Source of the DNA: Mobula hypostoma
Taxonomy: Eukaryota
Assembly: GCF_963921235.1 (NCBI RefSeq)
Contig: NC_086097.1
Span: 142,106,001-142,170,000, forward strand
Direction: 5' to 3'
Length of the DNA: 64,000 bases
Made by a program: the position numbers and the translations under genes. Of this stretch, positions 40,404 through 53,044 are shown piece after piece. How positions within the stretch are numbered: the stretch's first letter is position 1; the number at the start of each line of letters is the position of its first letter. Below the pieces are notes generated by a model that saw only the letters and a list, made by a program, of their open reading frames with translations, was not told where the DNA came from and made no database searches.

Positions 40404-40421
40404 CGTTTTTATTCTTCACAT
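40404..40421 (-). CDS. MAP4: Candidate 18-nt MAP4 microexon (phase 1-1): (D)VKNKN
   Basis: ttcacatttacAG|ATGTGAAGAATAAAAACG|GTAAGT: canonical acceptor, perfect donor, frame-preserving, no stop. Confidence 0.55.
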
Positions 40422-40752
40422 CTGTAAATGTGAACTTAACATCAAAAAGTAAGCAACTGCTCTCAAAATCACCTTTAAACCATTCAAATGCCGTGCTGTA
40501 AAGATACCCACTATACACAGGTTGCTAATTTCATCCAATATAATCCTTGCGGTTAGTAAGCCATGGATTAATTACAAATTCAAGGAAAATAGAGCATGCA
40601 AAATAATGGGTGCTTTAGTAAACCAATGTAAGGTATCATGCTGTGCCATTAACAGTCAGCTGAAATCCCGATGACAAGATATTGTAAGTTGAAGCTGGGG
40701 AGAGGAATGGGGTAAGAGGAAGATAGAGGGGAAAAGTGCTCTTGAAACACAC

Positions 40753-43296
40753 CTTCATCTTGACGAGTTCCTTCATCCAGATGCCCCTGGTTAGACTGTG
40801 CATTAACATCTCCAGAGTCCTTTGGTTCTACAGGCACATTATCTCCTCGTCGTTGGTTCAAAACCTTTGTAACTTTTGGCTGCATTGAGGTCTTCAAGGC
40901 CCTGTGCTGTTCAGGAGACACTCTTGCACCAGTTTCCTTCTGTGAAATACCTTTCATGAACCCTTGCTTTTGGAGGAGTTTTGCACCTCCTTTTTTCAAT
41001 GGTGACTTTGGACTTTTCCCCTCATTATTATCTGGTGCTTTTGATGCTTCCTGCTTCAGTGATAGGGATGCAACTTGGTCAGTGCACTCAGAGAGTTTGA
41101 CTTCAGTATGACACTCTAGAGGACTCTCTGGCATCTCATTAATCTCAGAACTTTGCTGCAATTCAGGGGAAGCAGATTCACTATCCCAGCATTGCGGAGG
41201 ACTCTCATGCTCTTTTATCTCAGATTTCTGTTGCGATTCAGTGGATGTAAGTTCAGTACCACGATGCTCTGAAGAAGCATTCACTACCCATGTCCCTTCA
41301 GCAGTGTGCTGTAAATCAAGGGGAGTCACTTCGGTATTTGCATGTTCAAGAGGGGTCGCTATCACGCCCATTACCTCTGATGAATGCTGTGACTCAACGA
41401 CAACTGATTCTCTTGTCAGAGAGGGTTCCACCATCTCCTTCACCTCCTTTGTTTGCATTAACTCAAGGGAGCCCAATTCTTCACTCAGATGTTGTTGAGA
41501 ACTCTCTACTATCTCCTTCAACTCTGATACTTGCTCTGGTTCAAGGACACCCGCCTCTACATACATACAGGTCAAAGGGCTTTCTGCTAACTTTGTCACT
41601 CCTGATGTCTCCTCTGAGTGTTGGGGAATAGATTGTCTACCAACTTGCTCCAAAGAATGCCCAATCACCTCCTTCACCTCGGACAATTTATTTGATTCAA
41701 GAGGAATATCTACGTCGTCTATAAGCATCTCTGCTATCTCCTTTACCAAAGGCATTTGTTGAGAATTAAGACTATCCATTTCTTTACTCATATGATCTAG
41801 ACGGATCTCTACTTCCTTGTTCATTTCAGGGGGAGCAGCTCTTTTACTAACAAGTTGAGAGTTCTCTACCATCCCCTCTGCAGGCAGGTGCTCTGAGTGA
41901 GTAGGAATATTTTGACTAGCAACATGTTCTACACAAGTGCTTATCTCAGGTACTTCCTTCCACTCAAAGGAAGACATTTCTCTACCTAGATTCTCAGTTA
42001 GGGGCTCTGCCATTTCTATTACCTCAGATGACAGATCCATCTTAGGGGAAGCATTTTCTTCACCTCCAAGTTTCAGTAGGGTCTGTACTTCTCCCACTTT
42101 AGAGGATTCCTGTGACACAGGAGCAGTAATTTCCCTACTATTCTCTAGAGGTGTCTCTACTATTTCTTCCACTTTCGGTGTCTGCTTTGATCCTGAGTGA
42201 ATAGTTGTTTGATCCACATGTTCAAGATAAGATCCTTCAATCTCCTTAATTTCAGGCATTTCCATTGATTCAGAGGGAGCATTATCTCTGTCCCTAAGTT
42301 CCAGAGAAGGCATTGCTAACTTGCTTTCCTGAGACTCTTTCTGTGATTTGCAAGAAGCATTTTCACCACTCCACTGTTCTAAAGGTGGCTGTATTACTTT
42401 TTCGACCTCACCTGCTTGGAGAGATTCAGGGGAAGTCACCTCCCTGTTCCAGGAATCCAAAGGGTGCTCAGTCAATTCCACTTCAGAAATTGATTCTACC
42501 TGTGATGAACTCTCTGGAAGTGTTAACTCTCCTCTCTGGCTCCCTACCATAGCTGTTTTATAACCCTCTGAAGCAGCTTTAATATTTTGCATCGGAGCAG
42601 TTGCCATTTTATCCCCTGCACTTCCTGTTGCCCAAGCACTGCCTTGGCTTGATGTATTATCTACCTGTTTTGCTTTTTCCTTCATTCCTGTTACTTCTTT
42701 AAATGATCTCTGAGTGTTTGAAACAATTTCTTTATGTTCTTGTATCACTCCAGCAGACAGCTCTGCTAGCCGCTGATCAGAAATAATTTTATGTACATCT
42801 TTAGCTTTAGGAGGAACATCTACTACAGGTTGAGATGCCTTTGGATGCGAACGCTTTTTCTTTTTCTTTTTCTTCTCCACAGGTACTTTTGCTACTTGGG
42901 GTTCTTTAGCTTGTGCGATTTCTCTTACTTCATTTACAAGTTTATCTTTCTCAGGGGCACGTTTCAAAGGTAAAACTTCTGTAACTGGGGCAACAGTGCT
43001 CGTGGTGTTGCTGGTAAGTACCATAGTGTCCATCGCAAAGCCAGTATTTCTGGAGGAGGGTGGCAATGGTTCTGTGAACACAGAAGCTTCAGTGCCATGG
43101 CCCAAGTTCTCCTGTTGCAGCGAGTTGTTTATTGGTGCTTGCAGTTCAGCATTAACTGTGACCTCTGTCTTCATCACATTTGAAACTAAGTGATCATCCA
43201 TTATGACAGCACTGCTCAAAGATGGGTCACTGCAGTCTACAGGGTGGAAAGATGTTTCAACTTGAGTCAGGCTGGTGAATGGTACACCCAATTCTT
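40753..43296 (-). CDS. MAP4: MAP4 giant cassette exon (2544 nt, 848 codons, phase 1-1), mMAP4-like projection-domain insert
   Basis: Open for 880 codons. Acceptor tttttcccttgtgtAG|AA, donor GAA G|GTGTGT. Glu/Ser/Pro-rich, with a KKKKKKKR tract at 42851-42874 like the recalled poly-K tract in the large vertebrate MAP4 exon. Confidence 0.85.
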
Positions 43297-44786
43297 CTAC
43301 ACAAGGGAAAAATAGCAGCTAAATATAACATTATCATCATCAACTCAAAATACAGATGTATTCAACGGTTCTTTTGCTCTCCTATTCCGCATACCTCCAT
43401 ATTTATGACATCGGTGTTAAAAAAGCAACACCTGGTATAATCATTTAAAAGCACAGAAGGAAGAATCACAGATTGCAACAGCATTAAACCATGCCAGAAA
43501 GGCCCAAGTTCAATCAATACCATATAATCAATTAATAATTTCATCATGATGGCTTTATGGCCCAATTATTAAGCTCAATTGTGAGCTGAGATTTTGGTAA
43601 ACTAGTGTTTGTGCAGCTAATCTCTGGATTCCTGCAGAAGATAGAGTTGTGTACTACTGTAATAGCTCCTCACCTTTAAATGCAGTATTTCTCTATGATT
43701 TTCAATGATGAAAAGTACTTTTACTTAAGATGTAATGCAACAGCAATATTTTTGTTGGATGAATGGACAAAGATAAATGTGTCTAGTTTGCCCAGGGTTG
43801 AATAATCTTCTTGCCCTCTCCCAATGTAACTTGTATATAAAAGCAACAATAAATCTAAACACATTGGTTAGGAGCTCAATTATGACACAAACTACTCTAG
43901 TTGACCCAATTAGAATCTGCAATTTGTGTTGTATTCCAGCTATTATATTAGCAAAATTGGTACAACACTCATTCAGATATCACTGCCTTCACACAGCACA
44001 ATCCAATGGATTTTTATTTGAACAAAGTAAATGCCTTCTATTCCTGAAGCAGAAGAATCTGTCTGCAATAGAAAATCAAGGGCATGGACAAATAACCAGC
44101 GTCTTTATTACTTTTGCCATTTCTTATAACTCTGCTCAGTCCTGTGCTCAACTGTGTAATTATGTGTCTCGATTTTCAGAGACATGTGAACCACCAACTT
44201 AAAGATAAGCTCAAATCCCACCAAAACAGATAGGTAAATTTAAACCCTGAAATAAATGACAATTAAACATAAAATTAACAAAAAAAAAGGTGCTTGTAAT
44301 GAAATTGTCAGATTGCTTCTGATGACTTGTGGGGACAGATCTGAGTTATTAGCTTGTCTGACCTATATGCAATTCCAAATTAAGTCCCCTCTAAAATGTT
44401 GTGGCAAATCAATCAGTTCAAGGACATAAAAAAGAATGATGCCCACCCACAGTCAGGGAATGAAAATAGAAAGCATAAAATAAATTTATCATTAGATAGT
44501 GAGTTACTCAGAAATTAAACAAATATATGAAGTAAAGGAGCCAACAAATAGTCCACAGCTCCCTAAAAGTGGCTAAATGGGTTGGATAGGGTGGTAATGG
44601 AAGCATATGGCATGCTTGCCTTTATTAATCAAGGACTGAGTTCAAGAGTTGGGAAGTTAGTGCTGCACCTTTATACAACTCCAATTAGGTCACATCTGGA
44701 GGCTTTGGAGGGGGCACAGACAAGGGTTACCAATATGCTGCCTAGATCAGAGGACATTTGCTGTAAGGAGAGGCTGGACAAACATG

Positions 44787-45405
44787 TGTAAGGGGTTTCT
44801 TCTTTTATGTTACTGCATAGGCTAATTAAAATGGCTTCTTTGTTATGTTATAATTAAAATGGCTTCTTTATTATGTTATAATTAAAATGGCTTCTTTGTT
44901 ATGTTAACTGCTGAGAAAGTTCTCTCGCTAGCAGCTTGTTTGGGTTATATTATTGATAAGAGAGCGAACAAACCAGTTGGGATAGATGTTATTCTTTCTT
45001 GTGTGTCTGTAAGCTATTGTGATGCGTGGGTTTTTAGGGACAGAAGGCGTGATGGGGAGAGAGAGAGTGATGCGGTGCTGTGAGCTGGCTAACGGGGTCA
45101 GACCCCGAGGTCCAGGGTCTTCAGCGAGGACAGGAGATGGAGACAGACTCATGTGGAGCGTCTGGTCGACCACCGTGGTTAGTCCCAGGTGGCAGGTCGA
45201 AGTGGTCAGAGGGGATTGAATGGTGAAGAGAGGATCATTACTAGAGCTCCAACTGTTTATGCACAAAGAGATTGAACTTTGATAAGTTTGGCACCTTTGA
45301 TTTTCCTTTTATATTTTATCTCTATTAATTATATAGTTACAGTAATATCTATAAATTGTAATCAATTAATCGTATATGGTGTTTTGTCTGTTATCTGTAC
45401 TGAGA
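44787..45405 (+). mobile_element. Probable LTR-like fragment containing a 28-bp x3 tandem repeat (44823-44906)
   Basis: Starts TGTAAGGGG abruptly within CR1 and is non-coding. Repeat unit taattaaaatggcttctttgttatgtta. No clear TSD or second end, so the class is uncertain. Confidence 0.45.
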
Positions 45406-45850
45406 CATCTGCTGTTTGTGATGAATTTAAATGGTCTGGGTAAAAATGTAGTTGGGTGGGTTAGTAAGTTTGCAGATGATACGAAGACAGGAGGTGTTGT
45501 GGACAGCATAGATGACTGGCAAATGGAATTTAACCCGGCCAAATGTGAAATGTTTGACCTACCAAGGTGTAACAGAGAGAGACAGCAAGACTCTTAACAG
45601 TGTTGATGGACAGAGGCAACTTTGTGTCCAAGTTCATAATTCACTGAAGGTGGCTACACAGGTTGATAGGGTGGTTAAGCTCGCCTTTATTAGCTGAGGC
45701 AATGAATTCAAAAGTCAGTAAGTTATGTTCCAGCTTTATAAAACTGTAGTTAGGCCGCATTTGGAGTATTACATACAGTTCTGGTTGCCCCATTATAGGA
45801 AGGATTTCAAAGCTTTGGAGAGGGCACAAAAGAGGTTTACCAAGATATTG

Positions 45851-47365
45851 TTCCAAGCCTATTCTGGTATCTGTCCCCCACTTTTCCTTCGCTACATTGA
45901 CGACTGCATTGGCACTGCTTCCTGAACAACATGCTGAGTTTGTTGACTTCAATAACTTTGCCTCCAACTTTCACCCTGCGCTCAAGTTTACCTGGTCCAT
46001 TTCCGACACCTCCCTCCCCTTTCTAGATCATTCTGTCTCTATCTCTGGAGACAGCTTATCTACTGATGTCTACTATAAGCCTACTGACTCTCACAGCCAT
46101 CTGGACTATTCCTCTTCTCACCCTGTCTCTTGCAAAAATACCATCCCCTTCTCGCAATTCCTCCGTCTCCGCCGCATCTGCTCTCAGGATGAGGCTTTTC
46201 ATTCCAGGACGAGGGAGATGTCCTCCTTTTTTTTTTAAAGCAAGGGGCTTCCCTTCCTCCACCATCAACTCTGCTCTCAAACGCATCTCCTCCATTTCAC
46301 ACATCTGCTCTCACTCCATCCTCCCGCCACCCCACTAGGAATAGGGTTCCCCTTGTCCTCACCTACCACCCGACCAGTCTCCAGGTCCAACATATTGTTC
46401 TCTGTAACTTCCGCCACCTCCAACGGGATCCCACCACTAAGCACATCTTTCCCTCCCCCCCTCTCTCTCTCTGCTTTCCGCAGGGATCGCTCCCTACGCG
46501 ACTCCCTTGTCCATTCGTCCCCCCCCATCCCTCCCCACCAATCTCCCACCTGGCACTTATCCTTGTAAGCAGAACAAGTTCTACACATGCCCTTACACTT
46601 CCTCCCTTACCACCATTCAGGGCCCCACACCGTCCTTCCAGGTGAGGCAACACTTCACCTGTGAGTCGGCTGGGGTGATATACTGCATCCGGTGCTCCTG
46701 ATGTGGCCTTCTATATATTGGTGAGACCCGACGCAGACTGGGAGATCGTTTCGCTGAACACCTACGCTCTGTCCATCAGCGAAAGTAGGATCTCCCAGTG
46801 GCCACACATTTTAATTCCACATCCCATTCCCATTCTGATATGTCTATCCACGGCCTCCTCTACTGTAAAGATGAAGCCACACTCAGGTTGGAGGAACAAC
46901 ACCTTATATGCCGTCTGGGTAGCCTCCAACCTGATGGCATGAACATTGACTTCTCAAACTTCCACTAATGCCCCACCTCCCCCTTGTACCCCATCCGTTA
47001 TTTATTTATATACACACATTCTTTCTCTCTCTCTCTCCTTTTTCTCCATCTGTCCCTCTCACTGTACCCCTTGCCCATCTTCTGGGTTTTTCCCCCTCTC
47101 CCCCTTTTCTTTCTCCCTGGGCCTCATGTCCCATGATCCTCTCATATCCCTTTTGCCAATCACCTGTCCAGCTCTAGGTTCCATCCCTCCCCCTCCTGTC
47201 TTCTCCTGTCATTTTGGATCTCCCCCTCCCCCTCCCACTTTCAAATCTCTTACTAGCTCTTCCTTCAGTTAGTCCTGACGAAGGGTCTCGGCTCGAAACA
47301 TCGACTGTACCTCTTCCTAGAGATGCTGCCTGGCCTGCTGCGTTCACCAGCAATTTTGATGTTTG
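45851..47365 (+). mobile_element. Penelope-like element, 5'-truncated (RT C-terminus, GIY-YIG, terminal region)
   Basis: FLRYIDDCIG, FHPALKFTWSIS, VYYKPTDSH, VIYCIRCS, YIGETRRRLG. 14-bp TSD ttaccaagatattg at 45837-50 and 47366-79. Confidence 0.95.
47270..47307 (+). ncRNA. Minimal hammerhead motif with helix III mutated (GAAACAUC)
   Basis: tagtc-CTGACGA-agggtctcggctc-GAAA-ca-TC-gactg. Confidence 0.55.
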
Positions 47366-49513
47366 TTACCAAGATATTGCCTGGATTAGAGGGCATGTAC
47401 TATAACGAGAGTTTGAACAGACTCTCATGGCTGGGGGGAGATGTGATAGAGGTTTATAAGACTATGAGAGGCATAGATAGAGAGACAGTCTCTTTTCCAC
47501 AGAGTTGAGAAGTCTAATATCAGAGGGCATGGAAATAAGGTGAGTGGGGTTAAGATTTTTTTTTAAAACACAAGAATGATGAGTACCTGGAATGTGGTGC
47601 CTAGGGTGCTCGTAGAGGCAGATACATATGGGACTTTTAAGAGATGTTTAGATAGTGTCATGAATGTGAGGAAAATGGAAGGATACGGACATTGTGCAGG
47701 CAGAAGGAATCAGTTTAATTGGCTATTAACTGGTTCGGTACAGCATTGTGAGCTGAAGACCCCGTTCCTGTGTTGTACTACTGTAGTTCTATGTTCTCCT
47801 TTCCTCAGTATTCTGTTAATACAAAACTAATAAAGTAGGATGTAATACAAATCATATTAAGATTAAGGTTTTGAGCTTTTAAAAAATATTTTCAAACAGT
47901 GGGGCAATCATTTAAGTAGGTCACATATGAAATTGAAAATGAATGAGAGTCACTCCTCTTCTACGCTCACCAGATGCATTATCGCCAATGGCTACAAAGT
48001 GCACATGATATTGCTCAGTGACTTTTACTCCCTTACATTGATGCACCATAACTGAATTAATGTTCTGAAACTACTGTTCATCCAGTTAAACTTGTATTGT
48101 GTAAACTTCTATCCTTCCACTATCATTCTTGGAGTATGTTACACCAGCTCACTGCACCCTCCTTGCACTCTCTAGTATGTTCTTGTTATTATCTGAAAGG
48201 GAAAGTTCTGATGAAGGTCATCCTACATACAAGCAACTTTCCAGTTCCCTCTGTATGCAGCCATGTTTTCTTATATCTAACCTACGCACATTATCCAAAT
48301 GCTCTACCTGTTCTCATCAGATGTTCATACTTGCACATTAGCTGAAGTAGCTTGTTTGTCTCCCTTCTCTGGCAAGGAAACACGCCTCCCTGGCCTTGAA
48401 ACTAACTAGCTCAGGAAATACAGAGGAACAACCCCATCTGCATAGCTTAATACTGTACCATATGGCACATTTGCCAACTGAACTAATTTTGAATATACTC
48501 TGGAAAAATAACCTTCTATTTTATGACTGCAAGGCACTTTTAAACTCAAATTCAGGTCAACCCTTAATTCTGTTGCAGTTTTATTTTTTTTTTAAAAGCC
48601 AAAGGGAAAGTGTCAAGGCAACTCTTGATGAGCTGTACAGCAACATGAACAGTAATGTTCAGAGAAGGAATGCCAGTAAGGCCACGTAATTCCCTGAAGA
48701 AACTGAAGGAAATAGTCACCTTTTGCACATGTGGAATTGCATTAAGACGAGACAGACAAGGTGGAAAGCTTAATGGAAATCAGCAAAGGCACTGAATTGT
48801 CACAAAAATCTGACAGCTTCGGTAGTCAATTTTTGATGATAAACCAGACCCAAACTTTAGTGTTACAATTTGTCTTGGTGGGATTTGAATCTGTATCCTG
48901 TGTTATTGAATTACTGTCATGGCAATTAATATATCAAAACATAATAGCAAAAGTAATTCCCAAAAGCAAAATTAGGAAAAAAGAACAAAGTAAGTAAAAC
49001 TGACATGCACTGTTTTAATGCCCCCCACAGACAATTTTCCCTAATCTTTGTGCAGCACCCCTACACAACTTTGGGCTCAGGAGCAAGCAGGCTAATATCT
49101 TATTATATCTCAATTTCTTCCAAATGTCAACCTTTATTTTTGAAGGCAAATATTCCTTGCTAGATTCTAGGGGATTTAATGCACTCATAATGAAAGCAAA
49201 TAGAAACCTTGAATAAAATCAAATATTGCAATCACCCCGAAGTCCAGAATGCATTTTAAGGTTAATCATCACAGCAAGGACATGATTGATAATTCCTCTC
49301 CACCCAGCCATCCCTCCCCCACCCCTACATTCTTCCACAGGGAAGCAGAGATCAACTGAAACTTTAACTGCTATCCAAGCTGGTTACACTCAACTCAGTA
49401 TTGACATGGGATTGAACCAACGCCATCCTGATATGTATGACTCAGAATCATAATGGGCAGATGTTCTTAACCAAACATTTAAGTAATATCAAATGTTAAA
49501 TTTTATTCCCTAC

Positions 49514-49633
49514 CTTCTACTGTCTGTGCCGATTCCATGGACGTCAGAGTTGGCATCATTGGCAATTCAGTCTTTTCTAGGTCTTCTTCCAATGGCCTTA
49601 CTTCTGCAACCAGATTTCCTTCAAGTTCTGTAA
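49514..49633 (-). CDS. MAP4: MAP4 exon (120 nt, phase 1-1): (V)TELEGNLVAEVRPLEEDLEKTELPMMPTLTSMESAQTVE
   Basis: Acceptor gttgtttgtAG|TT, donor GAA G|GTAGGG. Acidic open frame, not reported in the ORF track. Confidence 0.78.
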
Positions 49634-50129
49634 CTACAAACAACATAGTGATTTACCATTTTTGTTCACATGGTTACACATAGAGATGAAAAAAACAGTT
49701 GGTGTTTAGTGTTGGTAATTTAATGTTAGCACTTAAAAGTATAAATATCCACAGTATGGAACAGTATCAAGCATAGTGACTGCCCAAGTCTACATCTCCT
49801 TTTACTTTAAATACTTATCTACTATTATCATAATAATACAACAGTCTCTACCTCAATGGCCTTCATGATAAAATAACAATTCTCAAATAATGTATTGAAA
49901 ATTTAAAATTGAAAGCCACATCAGTGAATGTTTGCCATTTCTATTTAGAAATAATTTAAAAGGGCAGCGTCATGAATCCTGGCCATCTTTCATCAAGAGG
50001 CGCTGAGATTACTTCATCCATTTTGTTTTACCCATCAGAGATCCCAGCTCCATGAAACTCATTACCATATAGTCCACTGAATTTAGAACATAGATTATTA
50101 CAGCAGTGGCAAGCCATTCCGTTCCTGAT

Positions 50130-50640
50130 GTTATGTAGACTTTGATGCCAATTTATACCAAACGACCTCTTCCTATGTATAGTACGTAGTTTTCCAGTCC
50201 TTCTATATTCATGTAATCATCTAAAAACATCTTAAACTGTCTGATTTCACGACTATTCCTGGTAGCCCATTCTGTGTAGCAGGTGCCCTTGACCTTGCTT
50301 TTAAACATTCCACCCCACCCCCAACTTGAAACTTAAAAGTTTGTTTAATGGTGTTTGGCATTTCTATTCCAAGAAGATTCTGACCATCAACCCAATCTAT
50401 GTCTCTCAATTTTAAAGGCCTCCTTTCAGCCTCTGATACTCAAAGGAGAACAACCTAAGTTTTCCAACCTTTCCTTGCAGCTCATACCCCCTAATCCAGG
50501 CAGAATCCTAGTAAATCTCTTCTGCACCAATTCCACATCTTTCCTAATGGGGGCCAGAACTGCATGCAATATTCCAAATGTTTTCTGACTAAGGTTTTAT
50601 AAAGCCACAGCAAGACTTTCTTGCTCTAATACTCAACACC
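50130..50640 (-). mobile_element. Old degenerate CR1 3' fragment
   Basis: Recognisable blocks ctcataccccctaatccaggcagaatcctagtaaatctcttctgcacc and ccagaactgcatgcaatattccaaatg. Confidence 0.7.
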
Positions 50641-51114
50641 TGACCATTTGGCTTTCGAATATGGCTCACAATCATTTGGAAACTCAAGCTATTTAAAAAC
50701 CTTCTAAAGGTCTTCACCTAAAACAATTATTGCTTCAAAAAGATGTCAGCAATATGAGTAGGGTTGCTGCATTGTCATTCTATGTACTGGATTCCACCTC
50801 TGCTGGTGAAAGTGCCATGCTGCTATTTGTAACTTCTTCCTGATTAGTGCAGGCATGAAATCTGCACAAGCACAACACAGAACTGTAAGCCAAAGAAAAA
50901 GAAAAATGTGATTGTACAAGAACACACTCTTGAATGGCATCAAAAAGCACCTAGCAGTACAGACCAGAAGTCCTGAGTTCAATCTGGCTTAAGTAGATCT
51001 AATTTAATATAGCCAAACCTCCATATTCCCAAAAGGCCTTTTCCTTCAAAAATAAAATCACCATCCCCACTTAAACCACTGTCTAGCAAACTTGTAGGAA
51101 TATTTCTGTGTATA

Positions 51115-51420
51115 TACCCTTGGGAAAGGTGTAGCACCCCTTTGCCTCCCCCGATCAGGGTCACGTGAAGCCACAGGAGCAGGTGGTGGTTGGTCGATTG
51201 AGCAGCTGGTGCATATCACAAGTGCTGGTTATGCAACTAATGATACCAGGTAAACAATCTCTAGAGATTATTGATAACGGATGGGTTCACTCTTCTTGGA
51301 AAGATACTGCACAGAAGGCAGCAATGGAAAATCAATTCTGTAGTAAAAACTGCAAAGAACAATCATGGTTAAGACCATGATCGCCCACATCATATAACGT
51401 TGCACATAATAATAATGATT
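51115..51420 (+). mobile_element. SINE-like element with RTE-like 3' region and (AAT)n tail
   Basis: gaaggcagcaatggaaaatcaattctgtag...gcaaagaacaatcatgg resembles RTE-associated SINE ends. Terminates cataataataatgat. Confidence 0.5.
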
Positions 51421-52344
51421 ATATATGCATAAATGAGAGACAGGCTGTGATATGGTATAGGATCCACTGACTTGACTGAACTTTTAGTGGGAACAACCAC
51501 TAGGAAGAGCGGTGCTGAGATGCCGAACACTGAAGTCAGATTCAGGTTTATCATCTTCAAGCAAGACTGAAAGCAAATCAAAGTCTAATTCTCAGATTTT
51601 TCCTGCCCTCACTGTCTGATCTACTGGAAAATTCAAAATGGACAATCCACAGTTCACAATGCCAAAGAATAAAAGAAACATTGGAAGTAAGCAGGTGGAA
51701 AACTTTCATCTGAAGGATAATAAAGTTGTGGAATAAGTTTCTGTGGAGTAAGAATCTATGGAAAATATCTGAAGCAGACATGGGAAATACGTTCATGCCT
51801 TTTTTGTGATCTCACAAAAATATATGAAACTAAAAGGAAAGCAAGAAGCACTGTATTTTTCAATACTCAAAGAGGAAGACAAGCAAGGTTTCAATAGGAG
51901 CAGGGTATAGCTTGCAGGATGGCTGTAGGAAAAGTAAAAGAGAAGGCAATTTTTCCTCCCTATAAGTATTATATGAATGTCAAAGACAGTTGTTAAAAGA
52001 AAATGTCAGATACAGTGGCAATTAAGGTTAAAAGGCTTGGGTTTACAGAAAAACTCAGTAATAAAAACTTGCAGCAGGAAAAAGAGAACAGAGGTGGCTT
52101 AAAATAACAATGAGATGTGTGCTCCATTTAAAGCATGACAAGGTACTCAGACGACGAAAATCAAGACAGGAAAAAGATTCAAGGAGAAGCAGTTCAAGGT
52201 TGCGATAGACTGTTGGAGAGGGAGAAATGAAGAATCTAACTTGATCCAAGGTAGAAAGGTGAGAAACATCCAAGTAAGCAGTATACAAGGTTCTATCATA
52301 AGCCATCAAATGTTGAGTATATTTCAACTTTTTCCTATTTATAC

Positions 52345-52452
52345 CTCTGGTTTTAAGAGTAGAATCAAGAAGTTCTTCTTCCTGAGAAGCTATTTCCTCA
52401 ATGGAAAGTTGAACTGATTCTTGGTTTCCCTTTTCTTCAAATGTTGGTTCTT
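52345..52452 (-). CDS. MAP4: MAP4 exon (108 nt, phase 1-1): (E)EPTFEEKGNQESVQLSIEEIASQEEELLDSTLKTR
   Basis: Acceptor tttcttcctcctcaacatcttgtAG|AA, donor AGA G|GTATAA. Acidic open frame. Confidence 0.78.
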
Positions 52453-52652
52453 CTACAAGATGTTGAGGAGGAAGAAATATGCTTCATTAAAACTTGGGTC
52501 ACAGTATTATTATTTAAGTGAGACAGCTTATTTATGTAAAATTGATTTTCACCTCAGAGTGAGATACTTTTATAATACAGCCCTAGCATTTTTTTTAACT
52601 CAACACAGATGTAGGACACCAAGGTGAGGAAGACACAATGAACTGTGTAGAA

Positions 52653-53044
52653 GCAACACTTCACAACATGCTGGAGGAACTCAGCAGGTCGAGCTGCATC
52701 CATGGAAACGATCAGTCAACGTTTCAGGCCAGAACCCTTCATCAGGACTGAAGAGGGAAGGGGCAGAGGCCCTATAAATAAGGTGGGGGGAGGGTGGGAA
52801 AGAGAAGGCTGGTAGGTTCCAGGTGAAAAACCAGTAAGGGGAAAGATAAAGGGGTGGGAGAAGGGAAGCAGGGAGGTGATAGGCAGGAAAGGTGAAGAAG
52901 GAATAGGGGAAAACACAAGAGGCGGAACCATGAGGGAGGTGATACGCAACTGGGGGAGGGGGCAGAGTGTAATAGGGATAGGGGAAGGGGGGGGAGGGAA
53001 TTACCATAAGTTGGAGAATTCTATGTTCATACCAAGGGGCTGGA
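52653..53044 (-). mobile_element. Penelope-like 3' fragment
   Basis: Starts at the ORF end (..QPLGMNIEFSNLW*). 13-bp TSD gaactgtgtagaa at 52640-52 and 53045-57. Confidence 0.88.
52712..52751 (-). ncRNA. Minimal type-I hammerhead ribozyme motif, sense to MAP4
   Basis: tcagtc-CTGATGA-a-gggttctggcct-GAAA-cg-TT-gactga, with a perfect 6-bp helix I. Confidence 0.72.

Larger units (their letters stand above)
44550..47795 (+). mobile_element. Cluster of CR1 fragments (about 44550-44786, 45405-45850, 47366-47795) interrupted by an LTR-like piece and a PLE
   Basis: AYGMLAFINQG, VSKFADDTK, VRPHLEYYIQFWLPHYRKD. Removing the PLE restores KRFTKILPGLEG. Confidence 0.85.

Noticed and set aside
40649..40752. 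C-terminal 34 aa of the 880-aa ORF
   Set aside because: Most likely intronic read-through past the phase-1 donor at 40753; composition changes abruptly. The same applies to 15968-16008.
44823..44906. 28-bp direct repeats as a possible CRISPR array
   Set aside because: Head-to-tail with no spacers, no cas genes, vertebrate context. It is a simple tandem repeat.
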